Below are positions 63,062 through 64,000 of a DNA stretch of 64,000 nucleotides, one piece after another. The stretch is from Eubacteriales bacterium (GTDB lineage: Bacteria; Bacillota; Clostridia; Oscillospirales; QAKW01). Each line of letters begins with the position of its first letter. Position 1 is the first letter of the stretch. The stretch covers positions 13,780 through 77,779 of the forward strand of contig JAZQJG010000034.1 in the NCBI GenBank assembly GCA_045541535.1, given 5' to 3'. A program made the translations under genes and the position numbers. Under the pieces are notes generated by a model. The model did not search any database, was not told the origin of the DNA, and worked only from the letters and a program-made list of their open reading frames with translations.

Positions 63062-64000
63062 TTGTCATCAGGCCGCACAACAACTGATATACCATTTCTT
63101 TTTTGTCACCGGCCTCACTTTTGAGTCGTACCTCGCAATCCAGGCACAAATCTATACAATAGATCAGCTGATTTTCCGTCATCGCTTTACACGCCTGCAT
63201 CATTTTGGAGGCGCCATACTCATGCATACCAAAATCAGCTTTCATATCAATATTCCGCTTGCAGGCACGATTTGCCCAAGTAGCCCGCAATAAATCTACC
63301 AAACACCGATAAATCAGATTGGCAATCTGAATGTCATCGTATTGTTGAGCATACAGATCGTTTACCACTCGCATCACCTTGGGAAAGTCCCGTCTTGTCA
63401 GCGCATCGCCCAAAGCAAAGCGGTTAGTTTCAAGGCTCTTGGTGATAACAGCATCAATATCACTGCGGGTCACCGTATCTCCTGCAGCAAAGGCGGCAAT
63501 CTTTTTGATCTCATTTTGCAGTGAAAGCATATCGTTTTCGGCCACGTCGAGAATATAATACATCTCGTCTCTGGAAATTTCTTTTCCCGCAGACTTAAAT
63601 TGACGACAACCCCAGGTGGCAAGATAGGGCTTGTCAGGCTTAGCTACGTTCACTGCCAGCCCGCCGGCCTTGGTAATTAATTTTTGTAAAACGGTATCCG
63701 TGCCGCCTTTTTGCGCCGTGTCAAGAAAAACAACACAGGCGTATTCCGGAACATCCTGCAAAACACGAACCAGTTCTTTCTTGAAATCTTCCTTCAACAG
63801 ATCGTGTGCAAGATCGACTACACCCACAAATTTTCTGTCACTCATCATCGGAAAACTGTTAATCATATTTTCCAACGAATTCAGAGAAAGATCCTCCCCG
63901 GAAAATTCGTGAACGTTGAATTCCTGCAGATCGGTCACAGACTTTTTCTTGATGGATTGGTAATAATTATCCTTAAGAAATTCTTCGTCCCCATAAAGAT
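63033..64000 (-). CDS. holA: DNA polymerase III delta subunit, C-terminal ~320 codons (5' end beyond the window end)
   Basis: The track ORF 63033..63938 starts at an internal GTG. The same frame stays open to position 64000 and reads ...LYGDEEFLKDNYYQSIKKKSVTDLQEFNVHEF..., the typical HolA N-terminal region. Confidence 0.8.
   Translation of the reverse strand, partial: LYGDEEFLKDNYYQSIKKKSVTDLQEFNVHEFSGEDLSLNSLENMINSFPMMSDRKFVGVVDLAHDLLKEDFKKELVRVLQDVPEYACVVFLDTAQKGGTDTVLQKLITKAGGLAVNVAKPDKPYLATWGCRQFKSAGKEISRDEMYYILDVAENDMLSLQNEIKKIAAFAAGDTVTRSDIDAVITKSLETNRFALGDALTRRDFPKVMRVVNDLYAQQYDDIQIANLIYRCLVDLLRATWANRACKRNIDMKADFGMHEYGASKMMQACKAMTENQLIYCIDLCLDCEVRLKSEAGDKKEMVYQLLCGLMTSGGKREKNY

Noticed and set aside
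1-64000. Search for CRISPR arrays, tandem or interspersed DNA repeats, tRNA/rRNA genes, transposases, integrases, phage genes, toxin-antitoxin pairs and known defence-system genes
   Set aside because: None recognised by eye. Intergenic regions are short (mostly under 200 nt) and are accounted for by promoters, terminators and one riboswitch. A computational repeat search, tRNAscan, Rfam and DefenseFinder would be needed to exclude subtle cases.

Overview
This 64-kb window looks like core chromosome from an endospore-forming Firmicute of class Clostridia. The evidence is spoIVA, ytfJ/gerW, a DUF2953 (ytfI-like) gene, a dacB-like gene, mother-cell-type promoter motifs and Gram-positive lipoboxes. 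A finer taxon cannot be verified from the sequence alone. I call 63 protein-coding genes. 57 of them lie on the minus strand in tightly packed, often overlapping operons, and two are cut by the window edges (xseA at the left, holA at the right). Most of the content is housekeeping. It includes tig-clpP-clpX-lon-engB, scpAB, lepB-rbgA-rnhB-yraN, rpsB-tsf, greA, lysS, folD, lgt, ftsEX with a coiled-coil M23 peptidase and an S41 protease, thrC, ychF, rlmB and queH. I found no rRNA, tRNA, CRISPR array, transposase or integrase, prophage genes or recognisable defence genes. One clear structured RNA is present: a lysine riboswitch (L-box) with its own terminator, upstream of an NhaC-family transporter gene. 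There are also about 16 intrinsic terminators and several promoter candidates. I do not see a clear multi-gene novel system. The most unusual items are single genes or small gene pairs: (1) an 882-aa protein pairing a long acidic disordered N-terminus with a P1B-ATPase-like body in which every catalytic motif is destroyed; (2) a nearby P2-like P-type ATPase that keeps DKTG but lacks all canonical ion-binding residues; (3) an EF-G-II-type paralogue with an eroded guanine-specificity motif; (4) a 264-aa protein with 19 Cys, including a CCCCC run, behind a sigma-K/sigma-E-like promoter; (5) a lipoprotein paralogue of trigger factor that lacks the ribosome-binding domain. All functional calls rest on reading motifs by eye and on recalled family signatures. 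No database search was run.
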